A DNA stretch of 64,000 bases. Origin: Candidatus Latescibacterota bacterium (GTDB lineage: Bacteria; Latescibacterota; UBA2968). Location of the stretch: the NCBI GenBank assembly GCA_965222605.1, contig OZ244960.1:2144001-2208000 (forward strand). The letters run 5' to 3'. The notes below the pieces were generated by a model. It ran no database searches. It had not been told where the DNA came from and saw only the letters and a program-made list of their open reading frames with translations. Made by a program: the position numbers and the translations under genes. Below, piece after piece: positions 48,884-58,174 of the stretch (position 1 is the stretch's first letter; every line of letters begins with the position of its first letter).

Positions 48884-49183
48884 ATGGCTTCCTGGCAAAT
48901 TAAGCAACTCGAAAAAATGAGCGAAACGGATCCCGATTTGATAGATGATGTACTCCATCATTTCTACGAATCAAACCCCGTACGTCTTGAAAAACTTGTG
49001 CTCGGTGCTTATCTCGATCGTGATATTAACCTCAGCAAGGCAGCAGAACTTCTCGGTCTCCATCGAGAAGAACTGCGACAACGCTTCCTCAAACAGGGCA
49101 TTCCACTGCGAGAAGGAAGCCAATCTGTTGATGAACTAAAAGCTGAAATTGCTGCTGCTGATCAAATGGGACGTTCGAAGTGA
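48884..49183 (+). CDS. UPF0175-family antitoxin
   Basis: INLSKAAELLGL..LKQGIP; GTGA overlap with PIN gene. Confidence 0.8.
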   Translation: MASWQIKQLEKMSETDPDLIDDVLHHFYESNPVRLEKLVLGAYLDRDINLSKAAELLGLHREELRQRFLKQGIPLREGSQSVDELKAEIAAADQMGRSK

Positions 49184-49653
49184 TCATTATTGACAATACC
49201 GTATTGTCTAATTTTGCACGTACAAACCACCTTCAACTATTAGAATTATTCTGCCGCAGTCGTGGATTGATCGTTCAAGCAGTCAGGGAGGAGTTTCAAC
49301 GGGGTATCAGCAGAGGCTTATTTCCTGAAACAGACTTATCGTGGATGAATCAAATCGATATCACAGACCCCAAAGAAATCTATCTTTCACAACGTTATAG
49401 ATTGGAGTTGGGCAACGGTGAATCTGACTGCCTGGCTATCGCCGTATGCCGTAACCATGAACTGCTCACTGATGATCGCAAGGCTCGTCAGATCGGATTT
49501 CGTGAACAAGTACGTGTTTCGGGAAGTGTTGGTGTTCTTGGTTCGCTTGTCAGACGATCCACCATCTCGTTATATGAAGGAAACCGGGTGTTAGCAGAAT
49601 TTATTAACGCGGGATATTTCTCACCCATTGAGGAGCTTGATGATTTGATTTGA
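49180..49653 (+). CDS. PIN-domain toxin (DUF3368-like)
   Basis: IIIDNTVLSNF, LGNGESDCLA, LLTDDRKAR, GSVGVL. Confidence 0.83.
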   Translation: MIIIDNTVLSNFARTNHLQLLELFCRSRGLIVQAVREEFQRGISRGLFPETDLSWMNQIDITDPKEIYLSQRYRLELGNGESDCLAIAVCRNHELLTDDRKARQIGFREQVRVSGSVGVLGSLVRRSTISLYEGNRVLAEFINAGYFSPIEELDDLI

Positions 49654-49743
49654 CAGACAAAGTTACAGACAGATCAATTATCCAACGAAAGATCCATTGG
49701 TTCTATCTTGGTTATGGAGCATCTCTTACTTTCCGGAATGAAA

Positions 49744-50130
49744 ATGATCGTCGTATATGGAATTAAAGAAAAATTGAACCCCATAAAAGCAAAATTATCC
49801 GATGTGATCCACGGGTGTATGCAATCCGTCCTCGGTATGCCAGAGGACAAGCGAGCGCATCGCTTTGTGCCCATGGCCAAAGAGGATTTTTATTATCCCG
49901 GGGGTCGCACGGATGCATACACCGTAATAGAAATCAACATGATGGCTGGTCGCCAGGTGGAAACCCAAAAGAACCTGATCAAAACGCTATTCAAAGAAAT
50001 CGAGAGCCAGTTATCTATTTCTCCCATAGACATCGAAATCACCATCAAAGAACAAGCACCGCATTGCTGGGGATTTCGGGGCATAACGGGTGATGAAGCC
50101 AACGACCTCAAGTACAAAGTCAACGTTTAA
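49744..50130 (+). CDS. Tautomerase family protein (lacks Pro-1)
   Basis: LSDVIH..LGMPEDKR.HRF, RTDAYTVIEI..GR, IEITIKE..WGFRG. Confidence 0.78.
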   Translation: MIVVYGIKEKLNPIKAKLSDVIHGCMQSVLGMPEDKRAHRFVPMAKEDFYYPGGRTDAYTVIEINMMAGRQVETQKNLIKTLFKEIESQLSISPIDIEITIKEQAPHCWGFRGITGDEANDLKYKVNV

Positions 50131-50164
50131 CAGGGCAATTGCTGCTAATCAAAGGAGAAAAACC

Positions 50165-50362
50165 ATGGCTACACAAACACAACAAGCAGAAATGGATCAG
50201 GGATTGTCCCTTGCTCAGCGTCGTGCCTATATGAAGTTGCCGCTTGCAGAACGCCGCAAGCGACTTGCAGAGCAAGCGAAACAAATGGTAGAGTACTACG
50301 AGCAGGAGCCGGAACGGATAGAACGCGAAGCTTGGCAGGGAGGCGACATTGTTGAGCCATAG
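50165..50362 (+). CDS. Putative antitoxin of MazF-type toxin
   Basis: 65-aa ORF with AAGGAG RBS overlapping the toxin start; RRAYMKLPLAERRKRLAEQA. Confidence 0.65.
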   Translation: MATQTQQAEMDQGLSLAQRRAYMKLPLAERRKRLAEQAKQMVEYYEQEPERIEREAWQGGDIVEP

Positions 50363-50714
50363 CACTTCCACCCCGCGACGAAGAGAGATATGGCTTGTCA
50401 ATTTTGACCCAACTGTAGGCAGGGAGATACAAAAAACCCGTCCTGCGGTGGTGGTAAATTCTGATGCGGTTGGACGTTTACCCATCAAGCTGGTTGCCCC
50501 CATTACGGACTGGAAGGCGTATTTCGCACCCAATATCTGGCATGTGCGGATTGCACCGGATCCTACCAATAGCCTCACAAAAGTCTCCGCTGTCGATACT
50601 TTGCAGTTGCGTGGTATGGATAGGAGACGCTTCATTCGGAAATTGGGAGAAGTCTCGCCAGAAACGATGGAGGAGATTGTTCTCGCAATTACTGCTATCA
50701 TTGAATATCCGTAG
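50349..50714 (+). CDS. mazF: PemK/MazF family endoribonuclease toxin
   Basis: EIWLVNFDPTVGREIQKTRPAVVV, VAPIT, QLRGMDRRRF. Confidence 0.9.
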   Translation: MLSHSTSTPRRREIWLVNFDPTVGREIQKTRPAVVVNSDAVGRLPIKLVAPITDWKAYFAPNIWHVRIAPDPTNSLTKVSAVDTLQLRGMDRRRFIRKLGEVSPETMEEIVLAITAIIEYP

Positions 50715-50772
50715 ATGCAGGTCCAGCCTATCCCAACAAAGGGTGGAATCGTAAACTCGCCAAGGAGTCTCA

Positions 50773-51900
50773 ATGAATACCGAACATGAAAAACTGGAAA
50801 CAGTCGAAACAACCCAAACATCCCCCGAAGGATTCTTCACCCTCGCAAAACTCGGAGAACGCTGGATTCTACTCACGCCAGAGCGACAGCCGTTCTTCTC
50901 AGTCGGACTGAATCACATCGACTCCTCTCCACTGCTGTATCCTGAGAATCTGCCCCGCTGGAAACAGAAATACGACAACAACAGCATCAAATGGATCTGC
51001 GAATCCGTATCTCCCAACCTGCAATCCTGGGGTTTCAACACCGTCGGCTGGGTACAGGATGTGACCATCTTAAAACACGCGCACAGTCCGAGTTTCACCC
51101 TGGAAGAATATCGCGCGCTATCAATGCCCTACTGCCACCTGCTGCCCTTCATCGAAACACATCAGTGGAATACATGGCACAGAAATCCCGACATCTTCAG
51201 CAAAGACTTCGAGGACTGGTGTGATTATGTCGCCAGATCCGAATGCGCGCGACTGAGGGACGAACCAAACTTAATCGGCTATTTTTACTCGGACTGTCCA
51301 ACCTGGGTTCACGTCCGAACCCCACACACGGCATGGCGCGGCCCCATGTTTGATCCCACGCGACTGGAATCACAAGCAGGCCGGGCTGAACTATTCAACA
51401 TGGCACAGCGATACTACAAAATCACCCACGACGCCATTCGCCGTTATGATCCCCACCACTTGATCCTGGGAGACCGATACGAAGCACTTGCAGCACTCCC
51501 AATGGAAATTGTACAGGCTGCCGAACCGTATGTTGACGTACTCAGCTTTCAGGACTTCAGAGATCCGGTCACACACATGCACGAATGGCACGCAGCCACG
51601 GGAAAGCCGGTTCTATGGGCGGATGGATCTCGCCCGCGGGAAACCATCGCGGATGACAGCGGAAAATATCTGGATGGGGAATATTATCTTGCAGATGGGA
51701 AATGGTATGCTGAGGCCCTCTACGGCCTCCTGAAAAATCCCGGCGCAATAGGCGCGCATCTTTGCGGCGGTTATGTCCGAAACCGTTTCCGCCGAAAAGG
51801 ACTGATCGACGAAAAAGAGCAACCCGACCACGAAGCCATCTCCGAAATTCAAAAAGGCAGTGGGGTTGTCGCGCGCTGGCTCGATAATTTGGAATCCTGA
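50773..51900 (+). CDS. Clan GH-A glycoside hydrolase, beta-agarase (GH50)-like
   Basis: GFFTL..RWILLTPE..PFFSVGLNH, SWGFNTVGW, PNLIGYF, IRRYDPHHLILGDRY, DVLSF. Confidence 0.65.
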   Translation: MNTEHEKLETVETTQTSPEGFFTLAKLGERWILLTPERQPFFSVGLNHIDSSPLLYPENLPRWKQKYDNNSIKWICESVSPNLQSWGFNTVGWVQDVTILKHAHSPSFTLEEYRALSMPYCHLLPFIETHQWNTWHRNPDIFSKDFEDWCDYVARSECARLRDEPNLIGYFYSDCPTWVHVRTPHTAWRGPMFDPTRLESQAGRAELFNMAQRYYKITHDAIRRYDPHHLILGDRYEALAALPMEIVQAAEPYVDVLSFQDFRDPVTHMHEWHAATGKPVLWADGSRPRETIADDSGKYLDGEYYLADGKWYAEALYGLLKNPGAIGAHLCGGYVRNRFRRKGLIDEKEQPDHEAISEIQKGSGVVARWLDNLES

Positions 51901-51926
51901 ACAGGCTTGAATGCAGGAGATCAGAA

Positions 51927-53288
51927 ATGTCCTTGACTGCACGCGGCCCTGCGCTGTACACGCTCATTTTTGTCGTGGCAGTAGCTCTTGTCGCCGCTTT
52001 CGTTATTCTAATCCCGGAAACAGAAAACAATGAAATTGCCGAATTGCGCCGCACCGCTGAGCAAGGTGACGCCAAAGCGCAATACAACCTCGGCGTAATG
52101 TACTATAATGGCATAGGTGTTACTCAGGACTTTTCTAAAGCCCTCGAATGGTTCCACCACGCTGCTGAACAGGGTTTCGCCGATGCACAATCCGACCTCG
52201 GCTATATGTACTCCAACGGCAAGGGCGTTATCCAGGACTTTTCTAAAGCCCTCGAATGGTTCCACCGCGCTGCTGAACAGGGTGACGCCAAAGCGCAATG
52301 CAGTCTCGGCTGGATGTACGCCAATGGGGAAGGGGTATCCCAGGATTTTTCTGAGGCCGTTGAGTGGTATCGTCGCGCTGCTGAACAGGGTAACCCTAAA
52401 GGGCAAGACAATCTCGGCTATATGCACTACAAAGGCGACGGGGTCCCCCAGGATTTTTCTAAAGCTGTTGAATGGTACCGTCGCGCTGCTGAACAGGATT
52501 TCGCTGATGCCCAATACAACCTCGGTTCAATGTACTACAATGGGGAAGGAGTCCCCCAGAATTGCTCTGAAGCCCTCAAATGGTATCACCGCGCTGCTGA
52601 ACAGAGTTATGCTCCTGCGCAATACAACCTCGGCTATATGTACTACAACGGCGAAGGCGTTACCCAGGATTACGCTGAAGCCATTGTCTGGTTCCGTCGT
52701 GCTGCTGAACAGGGTTTCGCCGATGCCCAGTTCACCCTTGGCTTGATGTACACTAACGGCGAAGGGATTCCACAGGATTATGCTCAAGCTGTTGAATGGT
52801 ACCGCCGTGCGGCCGAGCAAGGCAACGTCAGGGCGCAATACACCCTCGGCGTGAAGTACGCCAAGGGTGAGGGCATTTCCCAGGACCTCTCGGAAGCTGT
52901 CGAATGGTATCGCCTCGCTGCTGAACAGGGTCCCCCACAGGCCCAATTTGCCCTCGGCCTGGCATACGCCCAGGGCAAGGGCGTTCCGCAGGATTATTCT
53001 AAAGCCATTGATTGGTATCGCCTTGCCTCTGGACAAGGTGACGCCGATGCACAATTCAATCTCGGCTATATGTACACCGATGGCCTGGGTGTGCCCCCGG
53101 ATTATATTGCCGCACACACCTTTTTTCTTCTCGCCGACACCAACGGTCATGAAGATGCGGGAAAAGCCCGTGACAGGCTTGCCGCGAAAATGACGGCTGA
53201 GCAGATCGCCGAGGCTCAGCGCAGAGCACGCGCATGGAAGCCGAAGACATGGGAAGAGTTGAAGGGACAGTTGGATCGGTTAAGATGA
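51927..53288 (+). CDS. Membrane-anchored Sel1-repeat protein (10 repeats)
   Basis: N-terminal TM helix; ten 36-aa AEQG..AQY.LG.MY..G.GV.QD..A..WY..A units, also visible as 108-bp DNA repeats. Confidence 0.93.
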   Translation: MSLTARGPALYTLIFVVAVALVAAFVILIPETENNEIAELRRTAEQGDAKAQYNLGVMYYNGIGVTQDFSKALEWFHHAAEQGFADAQSDLGYMYSNGKGVIQDFSKALEWFHRAAEQGDAKAQCSLGWMYANGEGVSQDFSEAVEWYRRAAEQGNPKGQDNLGYMHYKGDGVPQDFSKAVEWYRRAAEQDFADAQYNLGSMYYNGEGVPQNCSEALKWYHRAAEQSYAPAQYNLGYMYYNGEGVTQDYAEAIVWFRRAAEQGFADAQFTLGLMYTNGEGIPQDYAQAVEWYRRAAEQGNVRAQYTLGVKYAKGEGISQDLSEAVEWYRLAAEQGPPQAQFALGLAYAQGKGVPQDYSKAIDWYRLASGQGDADAQFNLGYMYTDGLGVPPDYIAAHTFFLLADTNGHEDAGKARDRLAAKMTAEQIAEAQRRARAWKPKTWEELKGQLDRLR

Positions 53289-54121
53289 TGGGATATGAGA
53301 CCATGCCATTAGACCTCATTACACCTGCTATGACCGATGAAACACCTGGCCCGGGCAAGCGTGTGCGTCAAATCGCGCCAGAGTACAGAGGGACCGATGT
53401 ACACCACGCGCTATACCTTCCCATAGACTGGCAACCCGGGCGCAAATACCCCGTCATCGTCGAATACACCGGCAACAAATGGGAACCGTGCAAATCAACG
53501 GGTAAGGTAGAAGATGCGAACCTGGGCTATGGGATAAGTGGAGGCAAAGGATTTATCTGGATAACCATGCCATATATAGAAAAAGGCAAAAAAGAAAACG
53601 CCGTCACATGGTGGGGCGACACAAAGGCAACCGTGACCTACTGCAAGACCAATCTCCCGCGGATCTGTGAAAAATTTGGAGGCGACCCGCACAACATATT
53701 CATCTGCGGCTTCTCGCGCGGTGCTATTGGCACCAGCTACATCGGCCTTGCAGACGATGTAATTGCAGCCTTCTGGAAAGGCCTCTTCACCCACGACCAT
53801 TTTGACGGCGAACGGAACTGGGATTACCCACACAGCGATCGCGCATCCGCTCTCACCCGCCTCACACGTCTCAAAGGCCGGCCCGTGCTCATCTGCGGTC
53901 TAAAAGCCAGCAGGATAAGAGATCAATACCTCAAAGCGCACCTCGACCTGGCGCGATTCACATTCCTGAACGTGCCAACGGATCAAATATTCAACATTCC
54001 CGAAGGCAATATCGTCCACCCACATACCGATTTGTGGATGCATAGAGAAAGTGCGTATCGCAAGCGCGCCAGAGCATGGCTTGAAAGCGTGCTAAAAGAA
54101 ACGCACTACGCCCAGGGATGA
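53285..54121 (+). CDS. Alpha/beta-hydrolase-like hypothetical protein
   Basis: LYLP.DW..KYPVIV, CGFSRG nucleophile elbow; ATGA overlap with Sel1 gene. Confidence 0.6.
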   Translation: MMGYETMPLDLITPAMTDETPGPGKRVRQIAPEYRGTDVHHALYLPIDWQPGRKYPVIVEYTGNKWEPCKSTGKVEDANLGYGISGGKGFIWITMPYIEKGKKENAVTWWGDTKATVTYCKTNLPRICEKFGGDPHNIFICGFSRGAIGTSYIGLADDVIAAFWKGLFTHDHFDGERNWDYPHSDRASALTRLTRLKGRPVLICGLKASRIRDQYLKAHLDLARFTFLNVPTDQIFNIPEGNIVHPHTDLWMHRESAYRKRARAWLESVLKETHYAQG

Positions 54122-55116
54122 AGCACGATCTTCGCGGCCTCGCCAGCAGCCAGAAGACCGAAAGCCTCCTGAATTTTGCTCATCGGCATAACATGACTGA
54201 TCAGTTTATCGATAAGAGGCGATTCCGCGATCACCTGCATCACGCCCTCATAATCCTGCATATTATACAGCCAGTTTCCCGACACCAGCAACCCTTTGCG
54301 AATCAAATCCGGGCTCACCCTGATCGGCAAATCCTGGGAACACTCGCCGACAAACGCCACCCGTCCGCGCCGCCGCACCGCATCAATACACAACCGCTCG
54401 CCCGCCACCGAACCAGAACAATCCACCGCGCAATCAACCCCGCGACCATCTGTCAATTCTCGAATACGCGCAAGCGGATCATCCTGCGGATGCAACACCA
54501 CCTCTGCGCCCAACTCGAGACCGAGAGCAGCGCGCCACGGCGCAGGCTCCACCGCCAGCACCCGCGCCCCGCGAAACCGCGCATTAATAATCCCACCAAG
54601 CCCCACCGGACCCAGACCCGTAATCAGTACCGTATCAAAAGCACCCACGCCAATAGCTTGCATGCCCCCAAAAGAAGCGCCGATACCGTCAATCGCCATC
54701 GTCGCCTGCTCATAAGTAACCCGCTCCGGAATCGGCAACAAAAGCCAGGAAGGCTTGACCACATAATGGGCAAACGTACCACTACCATCGCGGCTCCCCG
54801 TAAACTCGGCAAAATTATATGTATCCTCACAATAGATATAATCGCCAGCGCGGCACAGGGCGCAATTCCCACACGGATACTGCGGCATCACCGTAACCCG
54901 GTCTCCCACCTTCACCCGCCCCGGCTGCGCCACCGCCACCACCTCGCCAGCCCCCTCGTGCCCGATCACCTCGCGCCGATCACCCGCCATCCACGTCTTG
55001 TACTCAGTACACATCGCCGAAGCGTGAACCTTCACCACCGCCCAATCCTCCTTCGGCTCTGGCACTGGTGCCGGCACCACATCAGCCTGTTGCTTTCCAA
55101 CGATCCTTGCTTTCAT
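54106..55116 (-). CDS. Zinc-binding alcohol/polyol dehydrogenase (MDR)
   Basis: GHEGAG, CGNCALC..C, GLGPVG, DCSG. Confidence 0.9.
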   Translation of the reverse strand: MKARIVGKQQADVVPAPVPEPKEDWAVVKVHASAMCTEYKTWMAGDRREVIGHEGAGEVVAVAQPGRVKVGDRVTVMPQYPCGNCALCRAGDYIYCEDTYNFAEFTGSRDGSGTFAHYVVKPSWLLLPIPERVTYEQATMAIDGIGASFGGMQAIGVGAFDTVLITGLGPVGLGGIINARFRGARVLAVEPAPWRAALGLELGAEVVLHPQDDPLARIRELTDGRGVDCAVDCSGSVAGERLCIDAVRRRGRVAFVGECSQDLPIRVSPDLIRKGLLVSGNWLYNMQDYEGVMQVIAESPLIDKLISHVMPMSKIQEAFGLLAAGEAAKIVLHPWA

Positions 55117-55357
55117 GTTCGTTCGCCTTCCTAATCAACAGTTGAGCAGTTTGATGATTTTCGGGAACATCATCAAGCGGAAAGTCATTATGGGTACTAT
55201 CACTTGAAAACAACTCGGGATTATCAAGTTCACTATAAATATCAGCCAGATTATCTTCCAGTTTTTCCAGAGTTTCGCCCTGTGTCCAATAATCTGAATA
55301 ATCTACAAGATATCCCAGATACCAAGAATCAGAAACCCAATAGACATATTTTAGAAT
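55082..55357 (-). CDS. hicB: HicB-family antitoxin lacking a canonical start codon (ATT start or pseudogene)
   Basis: Not in ORF track. Frame ILKYVYWVSDSWYLGYLVDYSDYWTQGETLEKLEDNLADIY... (HicB TQGET.E...NL motif); AAGGAGGA lies 7 nt before an ATT codon. Confidence 0.65.
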   Translation of the reverse strand: MLKYVYWVSDSWYLGYLVDYSDYWTQGETLEKLEDNLADIYSELDNPELFSSDSTHNDFPLDDVPENHQTAQLLIRKANEHESKDRWKATG

Positions 55358-55380
55358 TGTTGCTTCCTCCTTTTTATGAA

Positions 55381-55560
55381 CTGATGTTACGCATGTCTCG
55401 CGTTTTTGTCATGCTGAGGCGGGCACAATGAATCTCCTGCGCCCAACACCCGATAGGCTGACGAAGCATCTTTTACCTCTGAAGTATATAGATTCTTCGA
55501 CTCCGCTGCGCTCCGCTCAGAATGACAGGCACATTATATTGTGCCTGTGCGTAACATCAG
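55381..55560. mobile_element. 180-bp MITE with 13-bp terminal inverted repeats and 7-bp target duplication
   Basis: ttatgaa|CTGATGTTACGCA ... TGCGTAACATCAG|ttatgaa; internal REP-like arms gtcatgctgag..gaagcatct / agattcttc..ctcagaatgac. Confidence 0.8.
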
Positions 55561-55624
55561 TTATGAAGTATGACAACTCAATTTTCTAACGCTTACCAGG
55601 CTACGGTCAACGTTAGTAGAGGGG

Positions 55625-56000
55625 CTATTGAGGTGCGCCCGCTTCTGTGAGAACCTGAACCACCTCACGGAGCTTATCCTTATTCTTAATCCTCGAACGC
55701 AACGCAGTCATAAGCGGTGTATGTCCCGCACTATCTCGCAAATCGACTTCCGCGCCGTGATCGAGAAGCAGAGAAACGACCTCCACAAAACCCGCCCTCG
55801 CCGCGCAATGCAACGCAGTCTGCCCCTTGTAATTTTGCGCATTCACATCCGCACCACGCGCGATCAAATCGCGGATACGATCAACACTGCCGCCGCGATC
55901 GCCGCGAGACTGAAAAACAATCGGCGGCCACCCATCCTCTGCGCGATTCGGATCACAATCCACCCCGCGGCTCGAAAGCAGGGCAATAATATCGGGATTG
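55625..56000 (-). pseudogene. 3' half of ankyrin-repeat gene interrupted by IS copy B
   Basis: GADVNAQNYKGQTALHCAARAG, GAEVDLRDSAGHTPL; rejoins in frame with the 5' half. Confidence 0.85.
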
Positions 56001-56048
56001 GTGACTACTCCCAACGCTAAAGCTCTCTGCGAGTGGGCTTCGTGGCGG

Positions 56049-57167
56049 TCAATCCGCCTGACGTTGTAGCCCCAACGTCAATATGTTTATCGCAGCATTG
56101 TGGTCTCTGTCCGTCTTATAGCCACACACTTTGCAATGATGCACACGCTGAGAAAGAGATTTCTTTTCCCTGTGTCCGCATGCCGAGCAGTCTTGTGACG
56201 TATGTCTGGGATTGACGGCTTTGAATCCAATACCAGCCTCTTCCGCTTTGTATTCGAGACAATGCCGAAACAGTGACCACGCTACGTCTGCTATTGATTT
56301 AGACAGTCGCCTGTTCTTTTGCATCTTTTTTACTCTCAACTTCTCTACGGCGACAAAGCCGTGACGATTGACAATTTTTCTTGATTCTTGATGGGCAAAG
56401 TTATGTCGCTTATTACGGATACGCTCATGCACTCTTGCAATAACCTTACGTGCTCTCTCTCGCCTCTTTGGACAGACCTTTTTCAATGCGTCCCATTTGC
56501 GCTGTGCTTTGGCAAGAGTCTTTTCCTCTTTTCTAAAGAAACGAGGATTATCAACATGTTCGCAGTCACTGGTCACAGCAAAGGAATTGAGACCCACGTC
56601 AATGCCAACGGCTGGCGTAGCGTCACTCTTTTCAGGCGCGTCGCCCATATCACAAGAGATAGACGCGAACCACTTGCCCGTCGCTGTTCTCATGACTGTG
56701 CAAGATTTAGGGATACCGTCAAGAGGTCTGTGCTGGACAATGCGGATACAGCCTATTTTGCCCATTCTCAAGCCTTTGTCGTCCAATCGGCATCCGTTGG
56801 AAAACTGAGGATAGGTGATAGAATCATAGCGATTCTGTCCCTTATATCTGGGAAAGCCAGCCTTTTCGCCCGTCTTTGCTTTCTCTTTGAGACGGCGAAA
56901 GAATGCTTTGAATGCCAGATCAACACGTACCGCGACTTGCTGCAAGACTTGACTATATACTTGCACAAAACCATTGTGCTGCTGTTTCAGCAAAGGCAAC
57001 GTCTTTTGCTGGTCATAGCAAGACAGCGATTCTTTGCCATTCTCATAGGCTTGTATCCGAGCGGCAATAAGCTGGTTATATAGTATGCGACATTCGTCAA
57101 TATGTGCCAGCAAGATTTTCTCTTGCTTTTTCGTTGGTCGCAATCTATATTTGAAGGACTTAACCAT
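56049..57167 (-). CDS. tnpB: RNA-guided endonuclease TnpB
   Basis: GIDVG, VAVEKL, CSACG..CKVCG, DRDHNAAIN; closely similar to copy A. Confidence 0.93.
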   Translation of the reverse strand: MVKSFKYRLRPTKKQEKILLAHIDECRILYNQLIAARIQAYENGKESLSCYDQQKTLPLLKQQHNGFVQVYSQVLQQVAVRVDLAFKAFFRRLKEKAKTGEKAGFPRYKGQNRYDSITYPQFSNGCRLDDKGLRMGKIGCIRIVQHRPLDGIPKSCTVMRTATGKWFASISCDMGDAPEKSDATPAVGIDVGLNSFAVTSDCEHVDNPRFFRKEEKTLAKAQRKWDALKKVCPKRRERARKVIARVHERIRNKRHNFAHQESRKIVNRHGFVAVEKLRVKKMQKNRRLSKSIADVAWSLFRHCLEYKAEEAGIGFKAVNPRHTSQDCSACGHREKKSLSQRVHHCKVCGYKTDRDHNAAINILTLGLQRQAD

Positions 57168-57173
57168 AAGTAA

Positions 57174-57202
57174 AATATACACTTATGTATCATTTTTGTC
57201 AA
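57174..57202 (-). promoter_or_regulatory. Sigma70 promoter in IS left end, probably giving a leaderless tnpB mRNA
   Basis: TTGACA-17 nt-TATATT, then 6 nt to ATG; no SD. Confidence 0.65.
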
Positions 57203-57297
57203 GCGATATGGCAACGCTCATATACACTAAAGCTAAGAAAGGAAGCCCTTCGCCATGCGACCCACGCCTAAAGGACGTGGGCTTTACGGGCTGTAAG

Positions 57298-57947
57298 GTA
57301 AGACCGGAACGGGGTAGTTCAGCCATCGTCGGATCGAGACCCGCGTCGAGCAACACCTTCAAAATATCCGCTCGCTCGCGCCAAATACAAAACCGCACCA
57401 GCCAGTCACCGCAAAGCCGCGGATCTGCACCCCACTCAAGCAACAAGCAAACAATATCCAGATAACCGGCACCAACCGCGTAGTGCAACACCGTAGCGCG
57501 GACATTCGTATCGTACTGTACCCTCTCCGCAGTGGCGAGACCCGGATCGCGGCGCAAACACGCGGCAACCGCATCCCCATTCCCCAGATACGCAAACGTG
57601 TAAATATCAGCAGTGGCACCTCGCGCCCACAACAAATCGGCAACCGCATCGTGATTCTTAAACCGCGCCGCGCAATAAGGCGAAATATCCACCAGCAACG
57701 GCGTAAAATGACAGCCCCACGCATGGACATCTGCGCCCTGGTCGAGCAACCATTCGACCATCGCCAACCGCCCCCGGTACGCCGCTTCCCACAGCATCGT
57801 CCGCCCGTGCGACCCAACGCGCAACAACCAATCTGGCCTCTCCGCCAGCACCGCCAGCACAGTCTCCAAATCGCCGCGACCAGCAGCCGCAACACCGATC
57901 TTCAAAAAATCGCTAATTTTACCCGTAAGCAGTGACATCGATTTCAA
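57298..57947 (-). pseudogene. 5' half of ankyrin-repeat gene interrupted by IS copy B
   Basis: AAGRGDLETV, HGRTMLWEAAYRG..LLDQGADV, TVLHYAV..LLEWGADP; ends ..PRSGL at the TTAC target. Confidence 0.85.
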
Positions 57948-58174
57948 TCGAGATGCAAGCGATAGTGTCTGGGGCCGATTTTTTCTAATCTACCGTCTTC
58001 CAACCACTGCGCCCGACGTTTCAACGCCAACTGAATCAGACCCCGACGTGCATCCGCATCTCGAGGACGACGACGGGGCGGGCGCTGGCGTCGCTGCGTG
58101 CGTTGCTCGAGTTGATAGCGTCGCGCACGCGGTCGTATCTCTCGAACGTGCTGATCAAAGTTTACAGTTTTCAA
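57944..58174 (-). CDS. Small basic hypothetical protein, partner of nucleotidyltransferase
   Basis: 76-aa Arg-rich ORF coupled by 4-bp overlaps to both neighbours. Confidence 0.5.
   Translation of the reverse strand: MKTVNFDQHVREIRPRARRYQLEQRTQRRQRPPRRRPRDADARRGLIQLALKRRAQWLEDGRLEKIGPRHYRLHLD

Larger units (their letters stand above)
56001..57297 (-). mobile_element. tnpB-only IS200/IS605-family element, copy B
   Basis: Left junction TTAC|cttacagcccgtAAAGcccacgtcctttaggcgtggg (hairpin); right end GAAGcccac...gcgttgggagtagTCAC; removal restores the host frame. Confidence 0.9.

Noticed and set aside
49711-50140. Integron cassette around the tautomerase gene (GTTATGG ... GTTTAAC)
   Set aside because: No attC hairpin or downstream GTTRRRY, core sites poorly complementary, no integrase in the window
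52050-53130. Periodic DNA repeats as a CRISPR array
   Set aside because: The 108-bp period is the Sel1 coding repeat; no unique spacers
55351-55589. Outer inverted repeat suggesting a nested second MITE
   Set aside because: Weak gapped match, and the left arm is explained by the hicB coding start
56001-57297. IStron (group I intron-tnpB hybrid) that would splice and restore the ankyrin mRNA
   Set aside because: Only about 130 nt lie between the left end and tnpB, too short for a group I core, and the element ends in TCAC rather than a terminal G
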